NCBI GenBank assembly: GCA_017400135.1
Contig: JAFPVJ010000022.1
Location: forward strand, 20,433-84,432
Direction: 5' to 3'
From: Bacteroidales bacterium
Lineage (GTDB): Bacteria > Bacteroidota > Bacteroidia > Bacteroidales > UBA932
Length of the DNA: 64,000 nt
A program made the translations under genes and the position numbers. Shown in pieces: positions 27,510-37,642 of this stretch (position 1 is its first letter; every line of letters begins with the position of its first letter). The notes beneath the pieces are model-generated. The model did not search any database and had not been told where the DNA came from. It worked only from the letters and a program-made list of their open reading frames with translations.

Positions 27510-28610
27510 ATGAAAAGAATTATCTGCGTATTCGCGTCTGTCTGCCTGTTGTGCACGAACCTGTCGGCTCAGAAAGGCCTCAGTTTCGAAGGGAAGTATG
27601 ATCCCACCGTCGTCGGAGAAAAACTTGCCGGACACTTCTATGAAACACTCCGCGAGCCGGGAAGCATCCGTAGCGTAGTCGGATATCCGACGGTCTGCGC
27701 ATGGCTGGGTTCCCTCCGTTTCGCGCAAGTTTCCGGGAACGAAGCCTTGGCCCACCGTCTGCAGGACCGTTTCAATATCCTGCTGGCTAAGGAATTCGAA
27801 TTCCTTCCTCACCTGCATCATGTGGACCACAACATGTTCGGTTCACTTCCTTTCGAGCTCTATCTTCAGACCCGCCAGATCCCTTACCTCGAGTGTGGTC
27901 TGCGCTATGCGGACACCCAATGGACGCTTCCCTATTACGCCAACGCCGGAGAGAAGGCCTGGGCTGAGAAGGGTTATTCCTGGCAGACACGGCTCTGGAT
28001 TGATGACATGTATATGATCACCATCGTCCAGACCCAGGCTTACCGGGCCACCGGCGACACAGAGTATCGAAACCGCGCCGCCAGGGAGATGGTCCTCTAT
28101 CTGGACACTTTACAACTGGAGAACGGGCTGTTCTATCACGCTCCTGACGTTCCTTATTTTTGGTCGCGCGGCAACGGATGGATGGCAGCCGGGATGGCCG
28201 AGCTGCTCAGCGTCCTTCCTACGGACGACCCATGCTACGAACGGATCCTGGAAGGCTACCGGCTGATGATGAAGACCTTGAAAGGATATCAACGCAAAAG
28301 TGGGCTCTGGAACCAGCTGATTGACAAAGAAGACTTTTGGAACGAGACTTCCGGGAGCGCGATGTTCACCTACGCCATGATCGCCGGAATCAAGGCAGGA
28401 TGGCTGGACGCCGACACTTACACCCCCGTCGTGCGCAAAGCCTGGACGGCCCTCGTAGACCATATCAACGGAAACGGCGAAATCGACTCTGTCTGCGAAG
28501 GGACCAACAAAAAGAACGACCTGCAGTACTACTACGACCGCAAGCGGAACACAGGCGACAACCACGGTCAGGCCCCTGTCTTATGGTGCTCCGTCGCCCT
28601 GTTGAAGTAG
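27510..28610 (+). CDS. Unsaturated uronyl hydrolase (GH105/GH88)
   Basis: WIDDMYM, GLFYH, WSRGNGW, ETSGSAMF; signal peptide. Confidence 0.88.
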   Translation: MKRIICVFASVCLLCTNLSAQKGLSFEGKYDPTVVGEKLAGHFYETLREPGSIRSVVGYPTVCAWLGSLRFAQVSGNEALAHRLQDRFNILLAKEFEFLPHLHHVDHNMFGSLPFELYLQTRQIPYLECGLRYADTQWTLPYYANAGEKAWAEKGYSWQTRLWIDDMYMITIVQTQAYRATGDTEYRNRAAREMVLYLDTLQLENGLFYHAPDVPYFWSRGNGWMAAGMAELLSVLPTDDPCYERILEGYRLMMKTLKGYQRKSGLWNQLIDKEDFWNETSGSAMFTYAMIAGIKAGWLDADTYTPVVRKAWTALVDHINGNGEIDSVCEGTNKKNDLQYYYDRKRNTGDNHGQAPVLWCSVALLK

Positions 28611-28616
28611 TTTCTC

Positions 28617-31600
28617 CTATGATTCTGCCGTCGAAGCAGAATAATCAGTCGGCGTGACACCGAACTGTTTCAGGAAGCACTTCGAGAAATAGGAGGGCGA
28701 GCTGAAGCCCGTCATATAACATACCTCGCTGACGCGGAGTCGGCCGGTTTTCAACAAGGCCGCTGCGTGCTTGAGCCGCTCCAGTCGGAGCAGATCATTC
28801 GGCGTCATATCAAGGACGCCCTGGATCTTGCGATAAAACTGGGTGCGGCTCATGTGCAGTTCGCTGGCCATGTCATCCATGCGGAACTCCGTATTGCTAT
28901 AATTCTGTGCGATGATACGGTAGATATCCTCAATGAAAGATTTATCCGTATCCGTCACTGCTATCGAGGAAACCGGGATGACAGGCGAACGGGAGAGCGC
29001 TTTCCGGACGTTGTCCCGATTGACCAGGAGGCTGGAGATACTCGCACGCAGATAATCCATGGAGAAAGGTTTCTCCACATAAGCGTCCGCCCCCAGCTCC
29101 ATGCCCTGGATCTTGGATCCGTCGTCTGTCTTGGCCGTCATGAGGATGACGGGGATATGACTGAAGCGGATATCCGACTTGATCGTCCTGCACAATTCAA
29201 AGCCGTCCATGAGCGGCATCATCACATCACTGACAACCAGGTCCACATCCTGCTGAGAAAGGACCTCCAGAGCGGCAGCCCCATTCCCAGCCTCCAGTAC
29301 GCGGAATTGTCGTGACAGAATCTTGCGGATGAAACCACGCATATCTTCGTGATCCTCCACCACCAGCACGGTCCTAAAGCCGGCAGCCCGCCCGGCGGCA
29401 GGAAGGCTATCTTCGGAAGAAGGGCTCACGCTCGCCTGGTGGAGCGGAAGACGGAGAATGAACACATTGCAGTCTGTCTGAGGCCCCATACGGAGAGACC
29501 CTCCATGCGCCTGAGAAAGCGAGCGTGCATAGACCAGCCCGATACCGGTCCCTTGCACAGCCCTATCCCCGCCGGCACTGTAACGGACAAAGGGTTTGAA
29601 GATGTCATCCCGGCTTTCCGGAGGTACTACATCGCCGTCATTCCGGGTTTCCAGGACCAGGGTATCTTCTTCCTCACGGAGGGTCAGTTCCAAGGAACGA
29701 TCCGCATATTTCACCGCATTGCTGAAAAGATTGGAGACGATATGGACGAAGGCTTCCGGGGAGACGTCCGCATATAAGTCAGTTTCCGGTAGGTGACGGA
29801 TGAAAGAGAGAGATCTCTCTTCGACCTGATACATCTGCTCTGCCATCACTTCCCGTACCATCGCGGAAACGTTGCAGGAGCGGAACTCCAACTGTGCTCC
29901 AACGCTTTCCATCTTGCGGAAATCCAGCAACTGGTTGGTCAGGGAGAACAGTCTGTCTGAATTCTTCTTCATCATATCCAGGTCCTCACGTATATCCTCG
30001 TCGAAGCCACCTTCCTGAATGATATGGTCCAACGGTCCCCGGATCATCGTCACCGGGGTACGGATCTCATGGGCTATGTGGGTAAAAAACTGGATTTTGC
30101 TCTCGTACAGATCTTTCTCCGTCTTTCTCTCCAGTTCCTTGATCCTTTCCCTGAGATTCATTTCATTCCGAAGATGAACAGCATGGAACACAAGGTAAAA
30201 GAACAATGAAAGCAACAGGGCATACAACACTTTGGCAAGCACCGAGCCGTACCAGGGCTGCCGTATCCGGATGGAGAGAGAGGCCAGTTCATCTTCGGCA
30301 CGCCCCTGGTCCGACACACTGACGACAAAGCGATATCTTCCGGGGGGCAGATGCGGATAGCGGATGAGCCGGGTTCCCTCCGCAAAAAGCCACTCATCCT
30401 CAAGTCCCACCATCCGATACATGACCGGGGCCGAATGGGAATGAGACAGCGGTGTCGACAGTTTCAGCGCGATGGAGTTCTGGTTGAAGCGCAGGTTCAA
30501 CCGATCCGTATAAGAGATACTTTTCCCTAAAGGGGAACCGGGTAAAGAAGGCCGGACGGCCTTGCCGTTAATCTGGAGTTCAGTCAGGACGGCATTAGGA
30601 GTAGCCGCCTCGTGCCGGAGCAAGGAAGGATTGAAACGGACGAAACCCTTGATTCCTCCGAAATAGAGTGTCCCATCATCATCCTTGAAACTCGACCTGT
30701 AGTTGTACTGATCGCAAAGAAAACCGTCTTCGACCGTCCAGACCCGCATTTCTTCCGAGTCTGGCTGAAAAGACACCAGACCCTGGTCGGTCGAGAGCCA
30801 GAGCGTGCCGTCTTCCGCTTCCTCCATCTGGTAGACGACATCGTTCGGTAGTCCGTTGGACATGTCAAAGACCTTGAAAGTAGCGGTCTCGGGAAGGTAG
30901 CGGGCGAAGCCCCCACCCTGCGTCGTAATCCAGATCCTCCCGGAAGAATCTTCGAAGCATCCTGTCGGACGGTTGTGTGGCAAACTGGAAGCGTCACCGA
31001 CGACATGGAGGAAATGCCTCCACTTTCCGTCCGAGGCCATCCGCAGGAAAATACCCTCATCATAAGTGACCGCCCACAGGTTTCCCTCCCGGTCAAACTT
31101 CACGGCATAGATGAAGTGATCCAGGGACTCCGGGATCGGATCGAAACGGCCCGTCGCATCATTAAAACGCTGAATGCCGGAATAAGTCCCGACATAGATC
31201 TCACCCAACGGGGAAAGAGCGATCGTGAAGATGCTGTTATCTTCCAGGCTCTCGCAATTGACGCCCTTGATGAAGCTCCGCTTGATCCGTTTCGAGTCCA
31301 GGTCAACGACATAGAGTCCCTTTGAATAGGTCCCTACCCACAATTCGTTGCCCCGTACGCACAGGCCATGCACATTGGAAAAATCCCGGCTCGGCTCGAA
31401 GAACTGGAAACGATCCGTGACCGGGTCGAACAAGTTCAACCCGCCATCTTCCGTCCCGACCCATATCCGGCCGTCGGGTCCCTTGCAAAACTCCCGGATG
31501 TGATTGCCATGCAAGCCTCCGGGGGAAACGGTCGGATAATACTTGCGGACCGGGGAATGCGGTTCCCGGCAATAATCAGCTCCGCCGAACCAACTCCCAG

Positions 31601-32591
31601 CCCAGACGCCTCCGTCATGATCCTCGAAAAGGGAATAAATAGCGTTGTCCGATAGTCCGAAAGGGTCGAACCAGGAACAACGAAGATTGGATAGGCTTCC
31701 CTGGATCGGGTCATATACATACAAGCCGGATTCGGTCCCTGCAAGCAGTTTGCCATCTGATCGCAGAAGCAGGCAACGGGCCTGAATAGGCTTACCTTCT
31801 CCATCTGTACGGAAAAGGTTACGGACGGTATAAGTGGAAACATCCAATTCCCAGACGCCGCCGAAAGAAGCCACATACAGGCGATTCCCTGTTCCTGGAA
31901 TCATATCGTTCACATAATCTCCTTTGAAAACTACCCGGCCGCTCCCGGAATCCCGGAAAGGAACGATGGACTTCATATCCGGTGAGACCGTGAACAGGCC
32001 CTCTCCGAAATCCCCGAGCCAAATCCGCCCACCCTCATCGATTAACAGTTTTTGGACCGAATAGGAGTCTTCCAGACCCAGTTCCCCATACGGATACCAA
32101 TCCAGCCGGTCAGTCCCGGGGTCATAGCAGAAAAACGCATCCGTGTATTCAGATACCCAGATACGGCCCTTCGCGTCCATCTGGATAGAAGATATCCCCC
32201 GGGTCAGACGCAGTACCTCGCGACTTTCTCTCAGAAACGGCTCGAAACGTTCCTCGTCCGGATGATAGACATACAGACCGACATCCGTCCCCACCCATAT
32301 CCGATCCCGCTCATCCACGCACAGGGCTGAGACGAAATTGCAGCCCAAGGACCGGGAATCTCCAGGGAGGTGGCGATAAACCTTCACCTCTTTCCCATCA
32401 AAGCGGTTCAATCCATCCTTCGTCCCAATCCAAATGAACCCTCTGCTATCCTGGGCGATGGCCGTCACACTATTCTGAGAAAGGCCCTCACTTACACTCA
32501 GATGGTCGAAATACATCCTGTCCCCGCCCGGAGCAGCAGGAAGAGATATACAAAAAAACAGGCAAGAGCAAATCTGCAGAAGCCTTTTCAT
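28617..32591 (-). CDS. Hybrid two-component system sensor-regulator
   Basis: Beta-propeller repeats (GLS.N, IWIGT..GL), Y_Y_Y domain, TM helix, HEIRTP H-box, GTGIGL, receiver DVMMP, AraC HTH (GFSSPSYFSKCF). Confidence 0.95.
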   Translation of the reverse strand: MKRLLQICSCLFFCISLPAAPGGDRMYFDHLSVSEGLSQNSVTAIAQDSRGFIWIGTKDGLNRFDGKEVKVYRHLPGDSRSLGCNFVSALCVDERDRIWVGTDVGLYVYHPDEERFEPFLRESREVLRLTRGISSIQMDAKGRIWVSEYTDAFFCYDPGTDRLDWYPYGELGLEDSYSVQKLLIDEGGRIWLGDFGEGLFTVSPDMKSIVPFRDSGSGRVVFKGDYVNDMIPGTGNRLYVASFGGVWELDVSTYTVRNLFRTDGEGKPIQARCLLLRSDGKLLAGTESGLYVYDPIQGSLSNLRCSWFDPFGLSDNAIYSLFEDHDGGVWAGSWFGGADYCREPHSPVRKYYPTVSPGGLHGNHIREFCKGPDGRIWVGTEDGGLNLFDPVTDRFQFFEPSRDFSNVHGLCVRGNELWVGTYSKGLYVVDLDSKRIKRSFIKGVNCESLEDNSIFTIALSPLGEIYVGTYSGIQRFNDATGRFDPIPESLDHFIYAVKFDREGNLWAVTYDEGIFLRMASDGKWRHFLHVVGDASSLPHNRPTGCFEDSSGRIWITTQGGGFARYLPETATFKVFDMSNGLPNDVVYQMEEAEDGTLWLSTDQGLVSFQPDSEEMRVWTVEDGFLCDQYNYRSSFKDDDGTLYFGGIKGFVRFNPSLLRHEAATPNAVLTELQINGKAVRPSLPGSPLGKSISYTDRLNLRFNQNSIALKLSTPLSHSHSAPVMYRMVGLEDEWLFAEGTRLIRYPHLPPGRYRFVVSVSDQGRAEDELASLSIRIRQPWYGSVLAKVLYALLLSLFFYLVFHAVHLRNEMNLRERIKELERKTEKDLYESKIQFFTHIAHEIRTPVTMIRGPLDHIIQEGGFDEDIREDLDMMKKNSDRLFSLTNQLLDFRKMESVGAQLEFRSCNVSAMVREVMAEQMYQVEERSLSFIRHLPETDLYADVSPEAFVHIVSNLFSNAVKYADRSLELTLREEEDTLVLETRNDGDVVPPESRDDIFKPFVRYSAGGDRAVQGTGIGLVYARSLSQAHGGSLRMGPQTDCNVFILRLPLHQASVSPSSEDSLPAAGRAAGFRTVLVVEDHEDMRGFIRKILSRQFRVLEAGNGAAALEVLSQQDVDLVVSDVMMPLMDGFELCRTIKSDIRFSHIPVILMTAKTDDGSKIQGMELGADAYVEKPFSMDYLRASISSLLVNRDNVRKALSRSPVIPVSSIAVTDTDKSFIEDIYRIIAQNYSNTEFRMDDMASELHMSRTQFYRKIQGVLDMTPNDLLRLERLKHAAALLKTGRLRVSEVCYMTGFSSPSYFSKCFLKQFGVTPTDYSASTAES

Positions 32592-32674
32592 AATCTGTTG
32601 TTTAAAGTGAATAGTATATCAGCGAAAACCAAAGCCGCCTGCGGCCGGAGAAAAAGCGCGCTGACAGGCAGGCG

Positions 32675-33748
32675 CTACTTCTCGAAGTCGCGGATACGCT
32701 GCTCCTCGGAAAGGGGGCAGATCAGCAGGCGGCCGCTCTTTTCAGCTACGATATAGCCGTCCAGGCCGGCGATGACCGCGCCTTTCAGGTCCGAGATATG
32801 GACCACCGTCCCCTGGCAGTCGTACAGGTGGACGCCCTCCCCTACGACGGCATTGCTGCCTTCGTCTTTGCCCAGGTTGGCGTGCAGGGAGCCCCAGGTG
32901 CCGAGGTCGGACCAGCCGAATTCGGCGGGAATCGTGTAGATGCGTTCCGCCTTTTCCATCACGGCATAGTCGATGCTGATCTTCTCGCAGGACGGGAAGA
33001 GTGTGCGGACGACCGTCTCTTCCGCACCGGTATAGAAACTCGGCGCGATCCGGTCCATCACGGTCGCAATCTGCGGCGCATGCTCACGCAGGGCGGAGGT
33101 AATCGTGTTGACATTCCAGACGAATATGCCGGCGTTCCAGAAATAATTGCCTGCCGAAAGATAGGCCTGAGCCACTTCCAGCGAAGGTTTTTCCTTGAAG
33201 GCGGCCACCTCCAGCAGTTCGGAGGGATGCGCGACACCGGCCTCGTCCAGCTCGGGCATCGTGTCCTGACGGGCGCAGATGTAACCGTAACCGGTCTCCG
33301 GGCGGGTGGGCGTGATGCCGATCGTGACGATGGCGTCATTCTCCGCCGTGAAGGACAGGGCCTCCGAGAGCACGCGGCGGTACCCCGGCACATCCAGCAC
33401 CAGCGCGTCCGCCGGCGTCACGACGACGTTCGCCTCCGGATGCCGGACCTTGATCTTCCAGCATGCGTATGCGATGCAGGGGGCCGTATTGCGGGCGCAG
33501 GGCTCGGGGAGGATATTCTCCGCGGGAATCTCGGGGAGCTGCTCCCGCACGATGCCCACGTAAGCGGCGGAAGTCACGACCCAGACATTCTCCGGAGGGC
33601 AGAGGGTGCGGAAACGGTCGGCCGTCAGCTGGATCAGAGTCCGGCCGCAGCCCAGCACGTCGATGAACTGTTTCGGCAGTTCCGGCGTGGACATCGGCCA
33701 AAAGCGGGAGCCTATGCCTCCCGCCATGATGACGACATGGGTTTCCAT
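32675..33748 (-). CDS. manC: Mannose-1-phosphate guanylyltransferase
   Basis: IMAGGIGSRFWPMS...PKQF, RNTAP, ETGYGYI, SIDYAVME, GWSDLGTW. Confidence 0.93.
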   Translation of the reverse strand: METHVVIMAGGIGSRFWPMSTPELPKQFIDVLGCGRTLIQLTADRFRTLCPPENVWVVTSAAYVGIVREQLPEIPAENILPEPCARNTAPCIAYACWKIKVRHPEANVVVTPADALVLDVPGYRRVLSEALSFTAENDAIVTIGITPTRPETGYGYICARQDTMPELDEAGVAHPSELLEVAAFKEKPSLEVAQAYLSAGNYFWNAGIFVWNVNTITSALREHAPQIATVMDRIAPSFYTGAEETVVRTLFPSCEKISIDYAVMEKAERIYTIPAEFGWSDLGTWGSLHANLGKDEGSNAVVGEGVHLYDCQGTVVHISDLKGAVIAGLDGYIVAEKSGRLLICPLSEEQRIRDFEK

Positions 33749-34311
33749 TATTCTTCGTCGAACATCCCCTTATAGCCGGGGATGGTGATGCCGAGGCCCC
33801 GGTGGAGCTTCTTGGGATCCTGGACCAGGCTGAGCACCTCACCGGCGGGGCTGATGGCCGCATACCAGTCCTTGGCTTCCAGCTTGCTGTCCTTAACCTT
33901 GCCCACGGCGGAGAACTTGTAATCGCGATAGGCAATCTCGTTCAGCTTGTCGCCCAGGGTGTTGCGAATCGAATCCAGCTGGGTCAGGTGCAACTGGTCG
34001 CGCTCGATGGCGTCCCTCTTTTGGGAAGCCTTGCCGAGCACGCCGCCGGCGGTATACATGTCATAGAACTTCTGGTCCTGCTCAAGCTTGGTCTTGAAGA
34101 GATCGATCCTCATCTCGACCTCCTGGCCGATAGTCGTCTCGCCGATCTGCTCGAAAGTGTTGAAGGTCAGGTTCTGTACGTCGCCCATCGTCTCGGCGAT
34201 CTTGGCGGCGACAGCAGCTTTTTCGTCGCTGTACTTACTGGCGCAGGAAGAAAGGATCAGGGCCACCGCAGCCATCAGGAAGGCTGCCAGGAAAGAAAAA
34301 CGATGTTTCAT
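33748..34311 (-). CDS. Hypothetical lipoprotein
   Basis: MKHRFSF... signal with lipobox LSSC; normal codon usage; stop overlaps the manC start. Confidence 0.75.
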   Translation of the reverse strand: MKHRFSFLAAFLMAAVALILSSCASKYSDEKAAVAAKIAETMGDVQNLTFNTFEQIGETTIGQEVEMRIDLFKTKLEQDQKFYDMYTAGGVLGKASQKRDAIERDQLHLTQLDSIRNTLGDKLNEIAYRDYKFSAVGKVKDSKLEAKDWYAAISPAGEVLSLVQDPKKLHRGLGITIPGYKGMFDEE

Positions 34312-34398
34312 TTTGTCCGGTTTTTCAAACTCAAATGCGAATATAGGAAAAAAGCCAATAATTCGTAACTTAGTAGGGTAATTACGACCTTCAAGAAT

Positions 34399-37300
34399 AT
34401 GCAAAAATTGATCCTTTCCGTATTGCTTGCATCATCCGTTGCGATGACGACCTTCGCCTCGGACGGGCGGCTCCTCAGATTCCCCACCACCAACGGCACC
34501 GACGTGGTGTTTTCCTACGCCGGCGACCTGTATAAGGCACCCCTTGCCGGTGGCCAGGCCATGCGCCTGACCTCGCACGAAGGGTACGAGATGTTCGCCA
34601 AATTCTCCCCCGACGGGAAGACCATCGCCTTCACGGGCCAGTACGACGGTAACACGGAGGTTTACTCCATCCCCGCCGAGGGCGGAGAACCGGTCCGACT
34701 GACCTGGACTTCCACCAACGGCCGCGACGACCTGGGCGACCGGATGGGTCCCAACAACATCGTGATGGGCTGGAGCCCCGACGGCAAGACCGTCATCTAC
34801 CGCAACCGCATCGGCGACGGCTTCGAGGGCAATCTCTGGACTGTCCCCGCGCAGGGCGGAATGAGCGACAAGTTGCCGCTGCCGGAAGGCGGATTCTGCT
34901 GCTGGAGTCCGGACGGCAAGCGCCTGGCTTACAACCGGACCTTTCGGGAATTCCGCACCTGGAAATACTATCGTGGCGGACAGGCGGACGACATCTGGAT
35001 CTGGGACGGAAAGAAAGTCGAAAACATCACGTCCAACGAGGCCCAGGACATCATGCCCATGTGGATCGGAACCGAGATCTACTTCATCTCCGACCGGGAC
35101 CACTGGATGAATGTCTTCGTCTATGACACGAAGGCGGGGACCACCCGGAACGTCACTGATTTCAAGGAATATGACGTCAAATTCCCCAGCACGAACGGGA
35201 AATGGATCGTCTTTGAGAACGGGGGCTGGATCTACAAACTCGATCCTGCGACCAAACGGTATGAGAAGGTGGAGATAACCCTCGACGCAGAAGCCATCCA
35301 GGCCCGCGCCGAACGCAAGGACGTCTCCTACCGCCGGACCGGCACCAGCCTGTCCCCGAACGGTGACCGCCTGGCCGTGACGGCCCGCGGCGAAGTCTTC
35401 ACCGTACCGGTCAAGCCTGGCGTGAAACGCAATATCACCCACACTCCCGGCGCCAACGAACGGGATGCCGAATACAGCCCGGACGGCAAGTGGATCGCCT
35501 ACATCTCCGACCGTACCGGCGAGACCGAGATCTGGCTCTATGACACGGAGAAGGAGACCACGGCCCAGCTTACCACGGGCAGTGACACCTATATCCGGAA
35601 CCTGGAATGGGCGCCCGACGCCAAGAGCCTGCTCTACACCGACCGGAAAAACCGTATCGTGACGGTCTCCGTGCCAGATGGAGCCAAGAATGTCGTAACG
35701 ACCTGCCCCGAAGCCGAATTCCGCGGCGTGAACTGGTCGCCGGATGGCAAATGGATCACCTATACCCGGCCTGCCCCCAACGAACTGTCCGTCGTCTATG
35801 TCTACAACCTGGCGTCCCGGCAGGAAATCCCCGTTACCGAGAAATGGTATGACTCTTCCTCACCCTTGTTTAGCGCCGATGGAAAGTATTTGATATTCAA
35901 TGCGACGCAGGACCTCAACCCGACCTACAGCCAGGTCGAGTGGAACTACGCCTACACCAACATGGGCGCCCTCTACATCGCCCTGTTGACAAAGGACGGC
36001 GTATCTCCTTTCCTGCCCGCGGACGGCGAAGCGCCCAAGGCTGACAAACCTGCCCCGGAGAAGGCTCCCCAGGGCAAAGACACGGCCGAAAAAGACAAGA
36101 AAACCGCGACTGTCGAGGTAAAGGTGGACGCCGAGGGCATCACGGACCGCATCCTCAAAATTCCGGCCGGCACGGGCTGGATGCGCCCGATTTACGGTGA
36201 CGATAAGGGTTTCTGGTTCGCGGGACGTGGCGGCGTCCAGTATTTCGACTTCGCCAAGAAGGAAGCTTCCCCCGTCGTGGACGGCATGATGGGCGTCTTC
36301 GGAAAGAAGGCCCTCCTTACCTCCGGAGGCAAGACTTTTGTCTCCGACCTGCCCCGCAACAAGGCCGCCGCTCCGAAAGAAGGGATCGACCTGAAGGGCC
36401 TCTACGCCGACATCGACTGGCACCAGGAATGGGCTCAGATCTTCGACGAAGCCTGGCGTGCTTTCCGTGACGGTTTTTACCTTGAGAACATGCACGGCAT
36501 CGACTGGCCGGCCATGAAAGCCAAGTACGAAGTGCTGCTGCCCTACGTACAGTGCCGCCTGGACCTGAACTACGTCATCGGAGAAATGATCGGTGAACTG
36601 ACCGTCGGCCATTCATACGTTTCCCCCGGCGAATACAAGAAGCCGGAGCGCGTCCAGATGGGCCTGCTGGGCGCAGAAATCGTTCCCGCCAAGAATGGTA
36701 CCTATCAGATCAAGCACATCCTGAAAGGTGCCAATTATTCCGCTTCGCTACGCTCCCCGCTGACCGAGCCGGGAATGGATGTCAAGGAAGGTGACTACAT
36801 CGTGGCCGTGGACGGCGTCCCTACTTCCGGCGTGTCGAGTTTCTACGCCCTGATGACGGGCAAGGCCGACGTATTGACGGAACTGAGTGTCAACGGCAAA
36901 CCCTCCGCGGAGGGCGCAAGGAAGGTGGTCGTCAAACCCATCGCCGACGAGTATCCGCTCTACCATTACGAATGGGTCCAGAAAAACATCGCATACGTCG
37001 AGAAAGCCTCCAAGGGCCGCATCGGCTACATCTACATTCCCGACATGGGTCCGGAAGGGCTGAACGAGTTCGTCCGTTATTATTATCCCCAGCTGGACAA
37101 AGAGGCCCTGATCGTGGACGACCGGGCCAACGGTGGCGGCAACGTCTCGCCGATGATTATCGAGCGTCTGCTGCGTACCCCCTACCGGATGACGATGTAT
37201 CGCGGCTCCACGCGGACGGGCAAGGTCCCGGAGGGCACCTTCTACGGACCAAAGGTCTGCCTGATCAACAAATATTCCGCTTCGGACGGCGACCTGTTCC

Positions 37301-37629
37301 CCTGGAGTTTCCGGGCCAATGGCCTCGGCGAACTGATCGGCATGCGCACCTGGGGCGGCATCGTGGGCATCAGCGGTTCCCTGCAGTATATGGACGGCAC
37401 GGACATCCGCGTCCCCTTCTTCACGAATTATGACGCCAAGACCGGCGAATGGATCATCGAGAACCACGGCGTGGATCCCGATATCGTGATCGACAACGAT
37501 CCCGTAAAGGAAGCGGCCGGCATCGACCAGCAGCTCGACAAGGCGATCGAGGTGTTGCTCAAGAAACTGGAAGAGCGCAAGCCTCTGCCCGGTGTACCCG
37601 CCCCCCGCGACTGGTCCTGGAAAGAATAA
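34399..37629 (+). CDS. Tricorn-like protease (peptidase S41)
   Basis: PD40 repeats (FSPDGK), PDZ region, GYIYIPDM, DDRANGGG, SASDGD, GMRTWGG, ENHGVDPD. Confidence 0.93.
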   Translation: MQKLILSVLLASSVAMTTFASDGRLLRFPTTNGTDVVFSYAGDLYKAPLAGGQAMRLTSHEGYEMFAKFSPDGKTIAFTGQYDGNTEVYSIPAEGGEPVRLTWTSTNGRDDLGDRMGPNNIVMGWSPDGKTVIYRNRIGDGFEGNLWTVPAQGGMSDKLPLPEGGFCCWSPDGKRLAYNRTFREFRTWKYYRGGQADDIWIWDGKKVENITSNEAQDIMPMWIGTEIYFISDRDHWMNVFVYDTKAGTTRNVTDFKEYDVKFPSTNGKWIVFENGGWIYKLDPATKRYEKVEITLDAEAIQARAERKDVSYRRTGTSLSPNGDRLAVTARGEVFTVPVKPGVKRNITHTPGANERDAEYSPDGKWIAYISDRTGETEIWLYDTEKETTAQLTTGSDTYIRNLEWAPDAKSLLYTDRKNRIVTVSVPDGAKNVVTTCPEAEFRGVNWSPDGKWITYTRPAPNELSVVYVYNLASRQEIPVTEKWYDSSSPLFSADGKYLIFNATQDLNPTYSQVEWNYAYTNMGALYIALLTKDGVSPFLPADGEAPKADKPAPEKAPQGKDTAEKDKKTATVEVKVDAEGITDRILKIPAGTGWMRPIYGDDKGFWFAGRGGVQYFDFAKKEASPVVDGMMGVFGKKALLTSGGKTFVSDLPRNKAAAPKEGIDLKGLYADIDWHQEWAQIFDEAWRAFRDGFYLENMHGIDWPAMKAKYEVLLPYVQCRLDLNYVIGEMIGELTVGHSYVSPGEYKKPERVQMGLLGAEIVPAKNGTYQIKHILKGANYSASLRSPLTEPGMDVKEGDYIVAVDGVPTSGVSSFYALMTGKADVLTELSVNGKPSAEGARKVVVKPIADEYPLYHYEWVQKNIAYVEKASKGRIGYIYIPDMGPEGLNEFVRYYYPQLDKEALIVDDRANGGGNVSPMIIERLLRTPYRMTMYRGSTRTGKVPEGTFYGPKVCLINKYSASDGDLFPWSFRANGLGELIGMRTWGGIVGISGSLQYMDGTDIRVPFFTNYDAKTGEWIIENHGVDPDIVIDNDPVKEAAGIDQQLDKAIEVLLKKLEERKPLPGVPAPRDWSWKE

Positions 37630-37642
37630 ATACCTAATCAAT

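Noticed and set aside
36741-36760. cgcttcgctacgctcc in the tricorn gene resembling the tandem-GA element motif
   Set aside because: Encodes the ordinary SLRSPL segment, with no flanking inverted arms or length anomaly.
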